A model generated the notes under the pieces. The model had not been told where the DNA came from. It saw nothing but the letters and a program-made list of their open reading frames with translations, and made no database searches. Positions 1-7,868 of a DNA stretch of 17,562 nt are shown here, one piece after another. A program made the position numbers and the translations under genes. The stretch is taken from positions 1-17,562 of the forward strand of contig JBGSVZ010000008.1 in NCBI GenBank assembly GCA_041752695.1, in the 5' to 3' direction. The first letter of the stretch is position 1, and the number at the start of each line of letters is the position of its first letter. This DNA comes from Terrimicrobiaceae bacterium (GTDB lineage: Bacteria > Verrucomicrobiota > Verrucomicrobiia > Chthoniobacterales > Terrimicrobiaceae).

Positions 1-2
1 TC

Positions 3-56
3 ACTCCTGAAAACTGGCTCAAAGCCCGCCGGGCTTCTCTTCAGGCTGCCGCCTGA
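3..56 (+). CDS. C-terminal end of an IS66 transposase (TnpC-like), 5'-truncated by the window
   Basis: Frame 3 reads TPENWLKARRASLQAAA* (TGA 54-56), resembling the 'L(T/L)P.NW' tail of IS66 TnpC. It lies just inside the IS66-like end. Confidence 0.6.
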   Translation, partial: TPENWLKARRASLQAAA

Positions 57-62
57 AATATA

Positions 63-98
63 TCATAGGCGTCATAGTCACGGCTATGACGCCTATGA
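63..98. repeat. Perfect 15-bp inverted repeat (hairpin, possible terminator) in the IS right end
   Basis: TCATAGGCGTCATAG-tcacgg-CTATGACGCCTATGA, starting 6 nt after the TGA at 54-56. Confidence 0.85.
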
Positions 99-140
99 AA
101 AATCAAGCCCATCGTTCAAGGCACCTCGTGTGACGCTTAC

Positions 141-363
141 GTCTGGCCGAAGTACCTTTCCTGTCGAAATTCCAAAAACCGGGTGGTGGGTCACGAGCAA
201 CACATCGACTGACAACAAAAAAAGAATTCTGGAGGAAGTATTCAGGGCGTTGGGCTGCCTAGCCGAAGATCGGCAGCGTTGGCTCGCGGAATTCAGTGGC
301 TCAGAACCTGCAACACATGAGTCGGGCGTGATTGATGAGGACGATGATCCTTTTACAATTTGA
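141..363 (+). pseudogene. 3' remnant of a gene with a SeqA C-terminal-like DNA-binding domain, interrupted by IS66
   Basis: SGRSTFPVEIPKTGWWVTSNTSTDNKKRILEEVFRALGC aligns by eye with the SeqA C-terminus ([39 protein letters not shown], recalled from memory). The similarity begins at the IS boundary. Confidence 0.6.
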
Positions 364-2242
364 TTGCGGGTTGGAGGTATAGCGCCTTGTTCAAAAGACC
401 CTGTGCCTCGGTCGAATGGTCGAAGACCTGAACGAACTGATTCCGTAGATTGATTTTGATCCGAGTAAGGAGAATTGGTTCCGACTTTCCATCGAAGTCG
501 TCGTAGTGAAGAAATGTCAGCTTCCCTGAACGAACGTGGATCTTGATGAGGTCGGCTTCTTCCGGGTTTCCGTAACGGACCGCTCCGCATTGAACGTAAA
601 CTCGCAGAATTGGGGGAAGCCGATTGAATAGACTTCTGTGGAAGGTGAATTGTATTTCCTCGCGGTCGAAGACGCCGAAATTTAGCCCCTCCACAGCAAG
701 TTCAACTTCCCCTGAATCACCAGCAGCAAAGAGAATATCTCTGGCTTTTTCTTTGGCACGGTTCAGGTCGCCGAAGAAGGACTTGATGTCATTTTTGATT
801 CGGAGAGGGATCTCACGCCGGAGGAAGCGTTTCCGGAAATTCATCATGGCAAGATAGACGAGAACATCTTCTGAACGGGCCTGCCTTGCGATTTGCCAGA
901 GCTGCTCGCCGTTTTTTTGGACAACGAGGCTGATCGCTTTGTTGAGTCCGCCGCCCACTCGCCGGACTTCCGCGAGATGATCAAACTCGCCCGGTTCGGG
1001 TCCTCGGCCTAGTTCGAGGAGGCTCTTCCAGAATTCGTCAAGAAGCTCGCGATGGAGATCGTAGCGATCTACCTGACGGCGTTCGCGAGTTGTCGGTGCA
1101 GAGAATTTGAGCTGGGTGCTGACATCATTCCAGTCGATTCGTCGCCGGTTGCGGGAGGCTTCGAAGAGTTCTGCTTCGTCTGGATCTTTGAACACGATGC
1201 AGATGCCGAGAGACAGCGTGACCGCTTCTGCTTGAACGGTGGATTCGATCAGATCTTCTAGTTCTCCCGGCGCGTAAAATTTCTGGAACGTATTGGTCTT
1301 CGTGAGGAAACCATCACGAAACGCGCAGGAGTGTGCTTCAGTCTCCTGGCCTGTAACCAATGTGGAAACAATGAGCGCTCGTTTGGCTAAATTGAAGGCG
1401 CCCTTGATCGCCTCAATTCGCTCTGCAGGCTCCTCGATGACATTGAGCACATACCCGAGATTGACAATGTCGGCTTGTTTCTTTTCGGCGTCTGGCCGGA
1501 AGGCCGGATCCCATCCGTCAGCGGTATATCCGAGGCCCGCGAGTGCTTCGACATCCATCCCATGGCCGCAGCCATAGTCGAAAAAAGTGTGTTTCTTTTG
1601 AAGAATCCCGCGCTCCATGGAAACTTTAACAGGCTTGGAGATGTCGTATCGCTTTATGGCTGTCCGGTGACGCTCGACCATTGGAGCCACCGACTCAAAC
1701 GGGGCTTCAGCTGAAGGCTTGGAAACGGTGTTTTTGATGAGGCGATGATGGTCGTAGGACACGCCGTGCCTTTTCAGAAGGGTCTGCCACTGAATCCGAA
1801 GACCAATGCGTGCCGGATCTCGATAAAGCCCTGCGTCCTCCTCCTGTCTGGTCAATTCCGAGAAGGCTGATCCTCGAGGATCGTCCGGAGGGAGAAAAGT
1901 TTCCTTCCGGTGAAGAATTGGAGGGTTCGCACGACTACGGTAGTCTGTCCGCACGACCGCCCCAGTATTCATATTGATTTTGCTCGCCTCAGCGAGGGCA
2001 GGGTGGGGGTCAGCGTCGAAGTTCGGATAGGTAAGAAAGGTGATTGCAACTTGGTCCGTGTGGAGCTTGAGGAGATTCCATTCGGAGGCCGGCTGAGCGG
2101 CGATCATAGCTCGTTCAATGGTCGCCGCCAGCTCGGCAGGGACAATTCTCCAATCTTTAGGCCGATGAATGTAAACGGCCGTCGGCAAGCGTTTGCCGTG
2201 GTTCAGCTTTTCGATCCATCGAACGAAATCTGCTCGTTCCAT
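353..2242 (-). CDS. DNA phosphorothioation-associated putative methyltransferase (TIGR04096-like), 629 aa
   Basis: Family-typical motifs: GKRLPTAVYIH, NPPILHRKETF, RHRTAIKR, SAM-binding FDYGCGHG, GWDP, DIVNLGYVLNVIE and NTFQKFY. Confidence 0.88.
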   Translation of the reverse strand: MERADFVRWIEKLNHGKRLPTAVYIHRPKDWRIVPAELAATIERAMIAAQPASEWNLLKLHTDQVAITFLTYPNFDADPHPALAEASKINMNTGAVVRTDYRSRANPPILHRKETFLPPDDPRGSAFSELTRQEEDAGLYRDPARIGLRIQWQTLLKRHGVSYDHHRLIKNTVSKPSAEAPFESVAPMVERHRTAIKRYDISKPVKVSMERGILQKKHTFFDYGCGHGMDVEALAGLGYTADGWDPAFRPDAEKKQADIVNLGYVLNVIEEPAERIEAIKGAFNLAKRALIVSTLVTGQETEAHSCAFRDGFLTKTNTFQKFYAPGELEDLIESTVQAEAVTLSLGICIVFKDPDEAELFEASRNRRRIDWNDVSTQLKFSAPTTRERRQVDRYDLHRELLDEFWKSLLELGRGPEPGEFDHLAEVRRVGGGLNKAISLVVQKNGEQLWQIARQARSEDVLVYLAMMNFRKRFLRREIPLRIKNDIKSFFGDLNRAKEKARDILFAAGDSGEVELAVEGLNFGVFDREEIQFTFHRSLFNRLPPILRVYVQCGAVRYGNPEEADLIKIHVRSGKLTFLHYDDFDGKSEPILLTRIKINLRNQFVQVFDHSTEAQGLLNKALYLQPAIKL

Positions 2243-2298
2243 GCATCGAATTTTACCCGCTCGATTCTGACGATGAAAGTTTCAAGTTTGCCTCCAAC

Positions 2299-2321
2299 AT
2301 CTCATTTCGGAGGAATGAGAT
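2299..2321. promoter_or_regulatory. 8-bp inverted repeat in a divergent intergenic region (candidate operator)
   Basis: ATCTCATT-tcggagg-AATGAGAT lies between the divergent starts at 2242 (-) and 2361 (+). Confidence 0.4.
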
Positions 2322-2360
2322 TTCCAAGGGCGAAAAACAGGACAAGGATGCTGAACTGCC

Positions 2361-3719
2361 ATGTCTGCAAGTTCAGAACAATTCAAGGTGTTCATCTGCT
2401 CCGAGGTCGGCATTGGGGGGGAGCTCCTCAAAAACCTCAAGGATTGGTTTGATCAACATCCCGGACCAATTTGCATCGAAAAGTCTCGTGGTGGAGTGGC
2501 TCTGCCCCTCAACGGAAGAGGCGAATTTTCTTGGGATGACGCTTTTGAAATCATTCGTGATTTGCGTTCAACTATAGACGCAACAGCGACGGATTTTGTC
2601 CTTCTTTTGACGAAATCGCCGAATGAAAACAGTTGGTTCTGTGTCAATGACCCCGGGGCACCACGAAATTCATTCGCTCATATTGACGACTTCACATGGA
2701 TTTTGCCTTCGCCTCCCCATGTGTTCGCGGCTCAATGGGTTTTGGAAAGTATTTACGATGGGCTCATGACTGAGCGAGGTTTGCGCCTTGAGGAGGTTTC
2801 TCACAAAACGCCTCGAGGGTGCTTTGCAGATTTTTGCGGATCCAAGGAAGATCTCCGAATCAAGATGAAAACGGGCGACATTTGTGGAGATTGCGTTGGA
2901 CTCATGCAGGCCAATGGGATTTCTGAAGGCTTGATCGAACAGACCGTTCGATTGTTGCAGTCAACAAGGACCACGGCGATCAATGTCTCCTCCTATCTCG
3001 AACCAATGAGAAACTTCGACGGTTGGCCGTTTCCCGTGGCAGTTACTCGCCACAAAGCAATCCAAGCGGTCGAACCAATTCAACGGTTTTTTCTTTTATT
3101 GGATCACTTCGATTGCCTAATCCGGTATTTTTATCTCAGCCACCAAATTTTAACAGGACATAAACCTGCCATTGATGAACGACCAAGTTTGGGAACCTGG
3201 CTGAACTACGCTGCCTCCGCCTCTGGGCTTGATCCCGATCTCCGACAAATTGTGAGGATCGCAGAAAATGAAAAAATCGTTCAGTTGCGCAATGAGCGAC
3301 GCGGCCACGGATATGTCTCGATTCAGGCCGATGGCTATAAAATGGAGTCTGAGCAACTTGAAAATGCTCTCGTGCGGATCGAAGAAAAACTTGCGCTCCA
3401 TTTTTGTAGTCATCTGCTGGTCCACGTGAAATCTGTCGCCTTGGAGGAAAAAGGCGACACGGTTAAGGGCGATAAGTTGGAGTCCAGTCACCTTATCCAC
3501 CCACCTTTTTCGGCGACAGTTCAGAATGCGAGAGAGGCTGGTATGGAGGCCGAAAATCGGGTTTACCTTTACACCCAAAGGAATCAGAAATTCCATTCAA
3601 TGCATCCATACATTAGGGTTGATAATTGTCCCCTCTGCAATCACAGCCGAGTCTTAGTGACTGATGGAGGAAATCGATACATCGATGTGTTTGTCGGACA
3701 TCGAATCGAAAAAAAGTAG
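2361..3719 (+). CDS. 452-aa protein with a degenerate zincin/archaemetzincin-like Cys-cluster N-domain and a HEPN-like C-domain
   Basis: The N-half has HKTPRGCFADFC...ICGDC but no HExxH. The C-half has WPFPVA...RPSLGTW...LRNERRGHG (Rx4-6H) and a terminal CPLC. The ORF is long and appears AT-richer than its neighbours. Confidence 0.6.
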   Translation: MSASSEQFKVFICSEVGIGGELLKNLKDWFDQHPGPICIEKSRGGVALPLNGRGEFSWDDAFEIIRDLRSTIDATATDFVLLLTKSPNENSWFCVNDPGAPRNSFAHIDDFTWILPSPPHVFAAQWVLESIYDGLMTERGLRLEEVSHKTPRGCFADFCGSKEDLRIKMKTGDICGDCVGLMQANGISEGLIEQTVRLLQSTRTTAINVSSYLEPMRNFDGWPFPVAVTRHKAIQAVEPIQRFFLLLDHFDCLIRYFYLSHQILTGHKPAIDERPSLGTWLNYAASASGLDPDLRQIVRIAENEKIVQLRNERRGHGYVSIQADGYKMESEQLENALVRIEEKLALHFCSHLLVHVKSVALEEKGDTVKGDKLESSHLIHPPFSATVQNAREAGMEAENRVYLYTQRNQKFHSMHPYIRVDNCPLCNHSRVLVTDGGNRYIDVFVGHRIEKK

Positions 3720-3725
3720 ATGAAT

Positions 3726-4391
3726 TTAGTCGGGCCGCTTTTTGGAGACTATCGGTCGTAGCTTTTTTCGAATACCCTCAAGGCACTTTCCACAGAACCG
3801 GATGCCTCCCAAATCCACCTCCCCGGTGCAATCCACATCGGCATCACCAACCATCAGACAATCGATGTCTTCTTCATAGCTGTGGTGATCCAAGCCGAAG
3901 CAGTGGCCAAGTTCGTGCAGTGCGATCTTGGCAAGACGCTCAGCAAGGAGTGCCTCCGAAGGATCATCCAACGCCAGCGGATGAATGCTTGCCGTGGCGG
4001 CGGGCAAACCAAGGTAGGCGTAGCCAAAGAGGAAATTGTAAGCCGCCGAGGGCACGATATTTTTTTCAGTAATTCCCAGCGCAGCCGCTTCCCGCTTTCT
4101 GCTTCTGGACAGCGTTTGCCGGAGGAAAACGTTGGCCGAGATTCCTCGCCACCCTGGTCGGATGCTCGGGCGGTCATCGATGAAAGCAGGTTGGATTACG
4201 CATGGGATCCCCAGAGAATCGGTAATCGCCCTGGTGAGGATGCCAATCAGACCATCTCGAACCGGCCCTAGCCGCCAGATGGTGATCGCTCCATCCGCCG
4301 GAAGCTGAAGGGGCTGCTGACAGTAGGTGCAGCTCTTCTCTTCGATCCGATTCCGTTGGCGGCAATGCGGGCAAGTATTGGAGTCGTTCAT
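3726..4391 (-). CDS. Archaemetzincin-like Zn metalloprotease (peptidase M54) with an N-terminal Zn ribbon
   Basis: HELGHCFGLDH (HExxHxxGxxH), Met-turn CLM, FCGKC and NFLFGYA. The N-terminus has CPHC...CTYC, and GAGG lies upstream of the ATG. Confidence 0.88.
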   Translation of the reverse strand: MNDSNTCPHCRQRNRIEEKSCTYCQQPLQLPADGAITIWRLGPVRDGLIGILTRAITDSLGIPCVIQPAFIDDRPSIRPGWRGISANVFLRQTLSRSRKREAAALGITEKNIVPSAAYNFLFGYAYLGLPAATASIHPLALDDPSEALLAERLAKIALHELGHCFGLDHHSYEEDIDCLMVGDADVDCTGEVDLGGIRFCGKCLEGIRKKLRPIVSKKRPD

Positions 4392-4550
4392 GCCTCGCCG
4401 GGTTGGTCAGCGTGCCGGCTGAGTTTTTGAGCGGTGGTTTCGATAGTGGTCCGAGATTTTACCGGCTCGGGAGGGGAAGGGGAGGGAAAACGGAGTGAAA
4501 GTCTATGGACGGATTCGTGTCGGTTGAACCGGAGGATAAAAGGCATGGAA

Positions 4551-5090
4551 TCAAAGTTCATCGTCATCGCAGTTGATCAAGAGGCGGGAGATCATTTCCT
4601 CGTAGGCGGCATACATGATTCCGCCCCGCCCAAGTGCGACCTCGGCCAATGTGACAATGAGGGAATTGGGGATGGCTTGGGGGCGGATCTTGCGGATGTG
4701 GTCAAGGCAGGATTGTTCGTATCCGGGGCCAGTCATCTGGCAGAGGATGCCGTAGGCAACGGCAGTAGATCGCGAGATGCCGGCCCAGCAATGGATCAGC
4801 ACCGAGGAAGACGGCTCGATCGGTTTTGCGAAAACCAGAATTTCCTGGATTTGCTCGTATGCGGGGGCGAAGCGATTTTCGACGGGGGTCGGGATGTCGT
4901 CGAAGAACACGAAATGAGCTCGTGCGGTCTCCGCCAATTTTCGCCGGAACCGGTCCTCATGTCCGTCCCGCGTTTCCCAGACGGGATCCCAAATGGAAAT
5001 CACGTGGGTGAAGCTTCCGAGGTCGAGCTCGTCGAGTTCTTCGACGCCACAGATGGTCATCTGTGGGAAACGGAGGTTTCTTGCGTTCAT
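4551..5090 (-). CDS. Protein-tyrosine/dual-specificity phosphatase-like protein (~179 aa)
   Basis: CX5R P-loop VLIHCWAGISRSTA, with THVISIWDP, FDDI and IRPQAIPN. The start is placed at ATG 5090 because the longer ORF overlaps the upstream gene. Confidence 0.85.
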   Translation of the reverse strand: MNARNLRFPQMTICGVEELDELDLGSFTHVISIWDPVWETRDGHEDRFRRKLAETARAHFVFFDDIPTPVENRFAPAYEQIQEILVFAKPIEPSSSVLIHCWAGISRSTAVAYGILCQMTGPGYEQSCLDHIRKIRPQAIPNSLIVTLAEVALGRGGIMYAAYEEMISRLLINCDDDEL

Positions 5091-5116
5091 TGCGTCGTCG
5101 AGTCTATCGGGATTTG

Positions 5117-5524
5117 TCAGTTTGAGGAGTCTTGTTCCATTTGGTCGAGTCGGGTCCGGATGCGGTTGGCGATCTCCAGGAAGTGGCCGGAAAGGTATTC
5201 GCGACCCTCCCAATTGGCGGCCTCTAGCAACGGTTGGGCGATTTCGGAAAACCGCTTGTTTTCGGTGTTGGTCCGGTGTGCTTCCAAGAGCTGAAAGACG
5301 GCAAACGCCACTTGATCGCCGAATCCGGAAAAGCTCCAACTGTCCGGCAGGTAGGTGCCGTTGCTCAGCCAATTGACCCGGGCCGACCTGGCACCCTCAG
5401 TGATGAAATCGAAGGTTTCGTTTTCGAGGGTTCCGCATTTTGGGCACGCTACGCCCTCGTCAAACGGGATGAATTTTGCCCGGCATTTTGGGCAGCTATG
5501 GTCGTATTCGATGTGATAGCTCAC
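5117..5524 (-). CDS. Hypothetical Zn-ribbon protein, 135 aa
   Basis: CPKC...CPKC at the N-terminus. The GTG start overlaps the vWA stop (GTGA), suggesting translational coupling. Confidence 0.75.
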   Translation of the reverse strand: MSYHIEYDHSCPKCRAKFIPFDEGVACPKCGTLENETFDFITEGARSARVNWLSNGTYLPDSWSFSGFGDQVAFAVFQLLEAHRTNTENKRFSEIAQPLLEAANWEGREYLSGHFLEIANRIRTRLDQMEQDSSN

Positions 5525-6213
5525 GGAAGTTTTCCTACCCGTTCCTTGCGGTCCTCTTCCTCGACTAGGTCACTCATAGGTGCAGCGCAAATTATGCGCT
5601 CATTAGCGGTAAGGGGCATGTTTCTGGGGCGCGCTCGAAGGCTGGAGGCCTTTTTCGACATGGCTTTTTGCGAGGCAACCACCCCGACTGCATCGCCCGC
5701 AAAGCACGCGGCGTTGTTGGCTGCGATATTCAAGCCGGCCGCTGTGGCAATGGCATCCTGGTTCGCGCCGAGAAAGAGGAACTCCCAGGCATATTTCTCC
5801 CTCTGGTGTCGGATCACGGTGGAAATTTGCTTCCAGGTGAATTGAGTGGAGGCGTTTTCCAAGCCGTCGGTGAGAATTGCGACAATGACTTTAGCTGGGC
5901 GGTCGTCTTCCGGGGTGTTGGCGAGACGTTGGCCCATGCGTTCAACTGTTTCACCAATCGCATCGAGGAGGGCGGTGCTGTTGCGGGGAACGTAGGTATC
6001 GGTGTTGAGGGCAACGACCTCCTGGACCGGGACATTCTCCGCTGGCACGAGATACACATCATCAAAAAGGACAAGTGTCAGTCGGGCCTGACCTGGAGCG
6101 ACCTGCTGGTCGCGGAGAAAATGATTGAATCCGGTGATCGCGGCGTGGGCGACGTTGGACATGGAACCGGAGCGGTCGAGGATGAAGGCGATTTCTGTGA
6201 GGTTTTGGTTCAT
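5521..6213 (-). CDS. von Willebrand factor A (vWA) domain protein, ~230 aa
   Basis: MIDAS motif ILDRSGSM, with TALLDAIG, ILTDGLENAS and WEFLFLGANQDA. ATG 6213 is preferred because ATG 6222 overlaps the predicted -10. Confidence 0.9.
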   Translation of the reverse strand: MNQNLTEIAFILDRSGSMSNVAHAAITGFNHFLRDQQVAPGQARLTLVLFDDVYLVPAENVPVQEVVALNTDTYVPRNSTALLDAIGETVERMGQRLANTPEDDRPAKVIVAILTDGLENASTQFTWKQISTVIRHQREKYAWEFLFLGANQDAIATAAGLNIAANNAACFAGDAVGVVASQKAMSKKASSLRARPRNMPLTANERIICAAPMSDLVEEEDRKERVGKLP

Positions 6214-6220
6214 GCCCGTC

Positions 6221-6255
6221 ATTCTTCAGGGCAGGAGGGACATCTATGGTGTCTG
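6221..6255 (-). promoter_or_regulatory. Candidate activator-dependent promoter of the vWA operon (shared motif copy 1)
   Basis: The minus strand reads CAGACACCATAGATGTCCC-N10-AAGAAT-N7-ATG and contains a GACA-N7-TGTC dyad. It is 17/20 identical to 12174-12193. Confidence 0.55.
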
Positions 6256-6402
6256 CGAAAAGGATTCGGAGAATCGACTGAGATATCTTTACCCGCCCAC
6301 AAGAAAACTTGCTGCTTTTTCGTGCTGGGATTGCGTTGAACATAGAAATTGCCAAAGTGGAACAGCTCCAGCTGCGAACCCGCCCGAACCCCCTTTCCCA
6401 TT

Positions 6403-7002
6403 ATGTTTTCTCCCAGAGCCAGAGCCGCCGCCGCAAACTCCGTGAAGGCATTTCTCGCAGAAGTCGCCGCCACTTTTCTTGGCGAAGTCTATGATCACAA
6501 AAAGGGATGGGGAGGTGAAGTCTGGGCAAAAACCTTGGAGTACTTCGAAGGCCGATGTGCGTATTGCAACATGCCCGCCGAGTCGTTGCCGAAAGGGGTC
6601 CGAATGACGATGGAACATCTCATTGAGGAAAACCAGTGGCAATGCGGTTTGCATCATCCTGCTAACACGGTGCCCGCTTGCTCGACCTGTAATGGAAGTC
6701 GGGATCAGTCTCCCGATGGTTCGCGGCTTACCTGGCAACAGCACTTGGAGAATCTAGGGAAGGCGAAAAAGTGGAACGCTTCAACGGTGGAGAGGAGGCG
6801 GCAACGCATTCAAGAGTTTGTTGATGGTCTGAGGTATCCCTCTATTACGGTCGAGGAGATGACGTATCTCCGAACTACGGCGCAAGCCCTTTATCAGGAC
6901 ATCCTCAGGCGGAGCACGGCGGGAGCCAAAGGCTTTACCGAAATTCACGGGGAAGCCGCAGTGCGAGGCAAACCGATTCTTCACGCAAAAAAGAAGCGTT
7001 AA
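6403..7002 (+). CDS. HNH endonuclease (start uncertain: ATG 6403 or TTG 6349)
   Basis: CAYC...TMEHLI...HHPANTVPACSTCNGSR, a Zn-binding HNH pattern. Confidence 0.85.
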   Translation: MFSPRARAAAANSVKAFLAEVAATFLGEVYDHKKGWGGEVWAKTLEYFEGRCAYCNMPAESLPKGVRMTMEHLIEENQWQCGLHHPANTVPACSTCNGSRDQSPDGSRLTWQQHLENLGKAKKWNASTVERRRQRIQEFVDGLRYPSITVEEMTYLRTTAQALYQDILRRSTAGAKGFTEIHGEAAVRGKPILHAKKKR

Positions 7003-7013
7003 TCTTCTCCCCG

Positions 7014-7751
7014 GTGAAATTAGCAAATTGGAATCTTGAACGGGCGGCGACTTCCGGGCGGCGAGAAGCGCTTCGAATGGAGACAAATCGCATTGACGCC
7101 GATGTCTGGGTCTTCACGGAAACGCACGAGAATTTTAGCCCGGGATTGCCTCACTGCTGCCATTCTCTATCGGGCCGCGATGGAATCCCAGGTCTTGATC
7201 AATCGGCGGACTACTGGGTCTCCATCTATTCGAAATTTCCGATCGTTCCTTTGGAGACCCGCGATCCTGTCAGGACTTGCGCAGCACGTGTGTCTCGCGA
7301 AACTGATGCTCCGTTTCTGGTCTTCGGAACGGTCCTGCCTTGGTTCGGAGACAAATGGAGAGGAAATCCATCCGCCGAAGGCGTGGCGTTTGCCGAGGCC
7401 TTGCGCTTGCAGCTTTCGGACTGGCTGGCGCTACGTCGTAATTTCCCTGACGATGAGTTCTTCCTGATGGGTGATTTCAATCAAGATTTGGCGGACCGCC
7501 ATTATTACGGGTCGAAGAAAAACCGGAAGGCTTTGCTCGCTGCCCTCGACGAATGCGGTCTGGTTTCGCTCACGGCCGGCCCCGGCGATCCCATTCACCG
7601 AGACTCACCGCCCTACGCTTGCATCGATCACATCTGTGCCCGTCGCGATTCGCACTGGCGACCAAAACAAGCCATCCGCTGGCCGGAGGCGTCTCAACCG
7701 GATCGCCGACTTTCAGACCACTTCGGTATCACCATAGAATTCGATCTGTAG
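7014..7751 (+). CDS. Endonuclease/exonuclease/phosphatase (EEP) family protein
   Basis: Motifs ANWNL, DVWVFTE, MGDFNQ, CIDHI and LSDHFGI. Confidence 0.9.
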   Translation: MKLANWNLERAATSGRREALRMETNRIDADVWVFTETHENFSPGLPHCCHSLSGRDGIPGLDQSADYWVSIYSKFPIVPLETRDPVRTCAARVSRETDAPFLVFGTVLPWFGDKWRGNPSAEGVAFAEALRLQLSDWLALRRNFPDDEFFLMGDFNQDLADRHYYGSKKNRKALLAALDECGLVSLTAGPGDPIHRDSPPYACIDHICARRDSHWRPKQAIRWPEASQPDRRLSDHFGITIEFDL

Positions 7752-7827
7752 GAGTCTTGATTGCTGGACAGGCAGGGATGCTACTGCCCGGGAAAGGGGA
7801 AGATTCAAGGTCGTCGAATGTGGATTG

Positions 7828-7862
7828 CAGGGACTGCCGTTTTCCCTTCGGTTGGATAAAGT
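7828..7862 (+). promoter_or_regulatory. Candidate promoter of the HDAC gene (shared motif copy 3, degenerate)
   Basis: CAGGGACTGCCGTTTTCCC-N10-TAAAGT-N6-ATG(7869), in the same register as the other two copies. Confidence 0.4.
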
Positions 7863-7868
7863 GAGGGC

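Larger units (their letters stand above)
1..140 (+). mobile_element. Right end of an IS66-family insertion sequence (partial)
   Basis: The segment ends in ...GTGTGACGCTTAC at 140 (reverse complement GTAAGCGTCACAC), matching the GTAAGCG terminal motif of IS66 elements. It is preceded by a transposase-like C-terminus and a strong hairpin. Confidence 0.75.

Noticed and set aside
1..363. Frame-1 open reading from 1 to 363 (ORF-track GTG start at 130) as one intact gene
   Set aside because: It crosses a hairpin and the IS66-like terminus at 140. Only the part after 140 resembles a known domain.
4456..4493. CCGTTTTCCCT upstream of the archaemetzincin as a fourth copy of the shared motif
   Set aside because: It matches the HDAC copy locally but lies 22 nt, not 10 nt, from the TAAAAT hexamer, in low-complexity sequence.
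4434..5845. Long plus-strand ORFs (4434-5294, 4993-5376, 5234-5845)
   Set aside because: They are antisense shadows of motif-bearing minus-strand genes and have no recognisable features.
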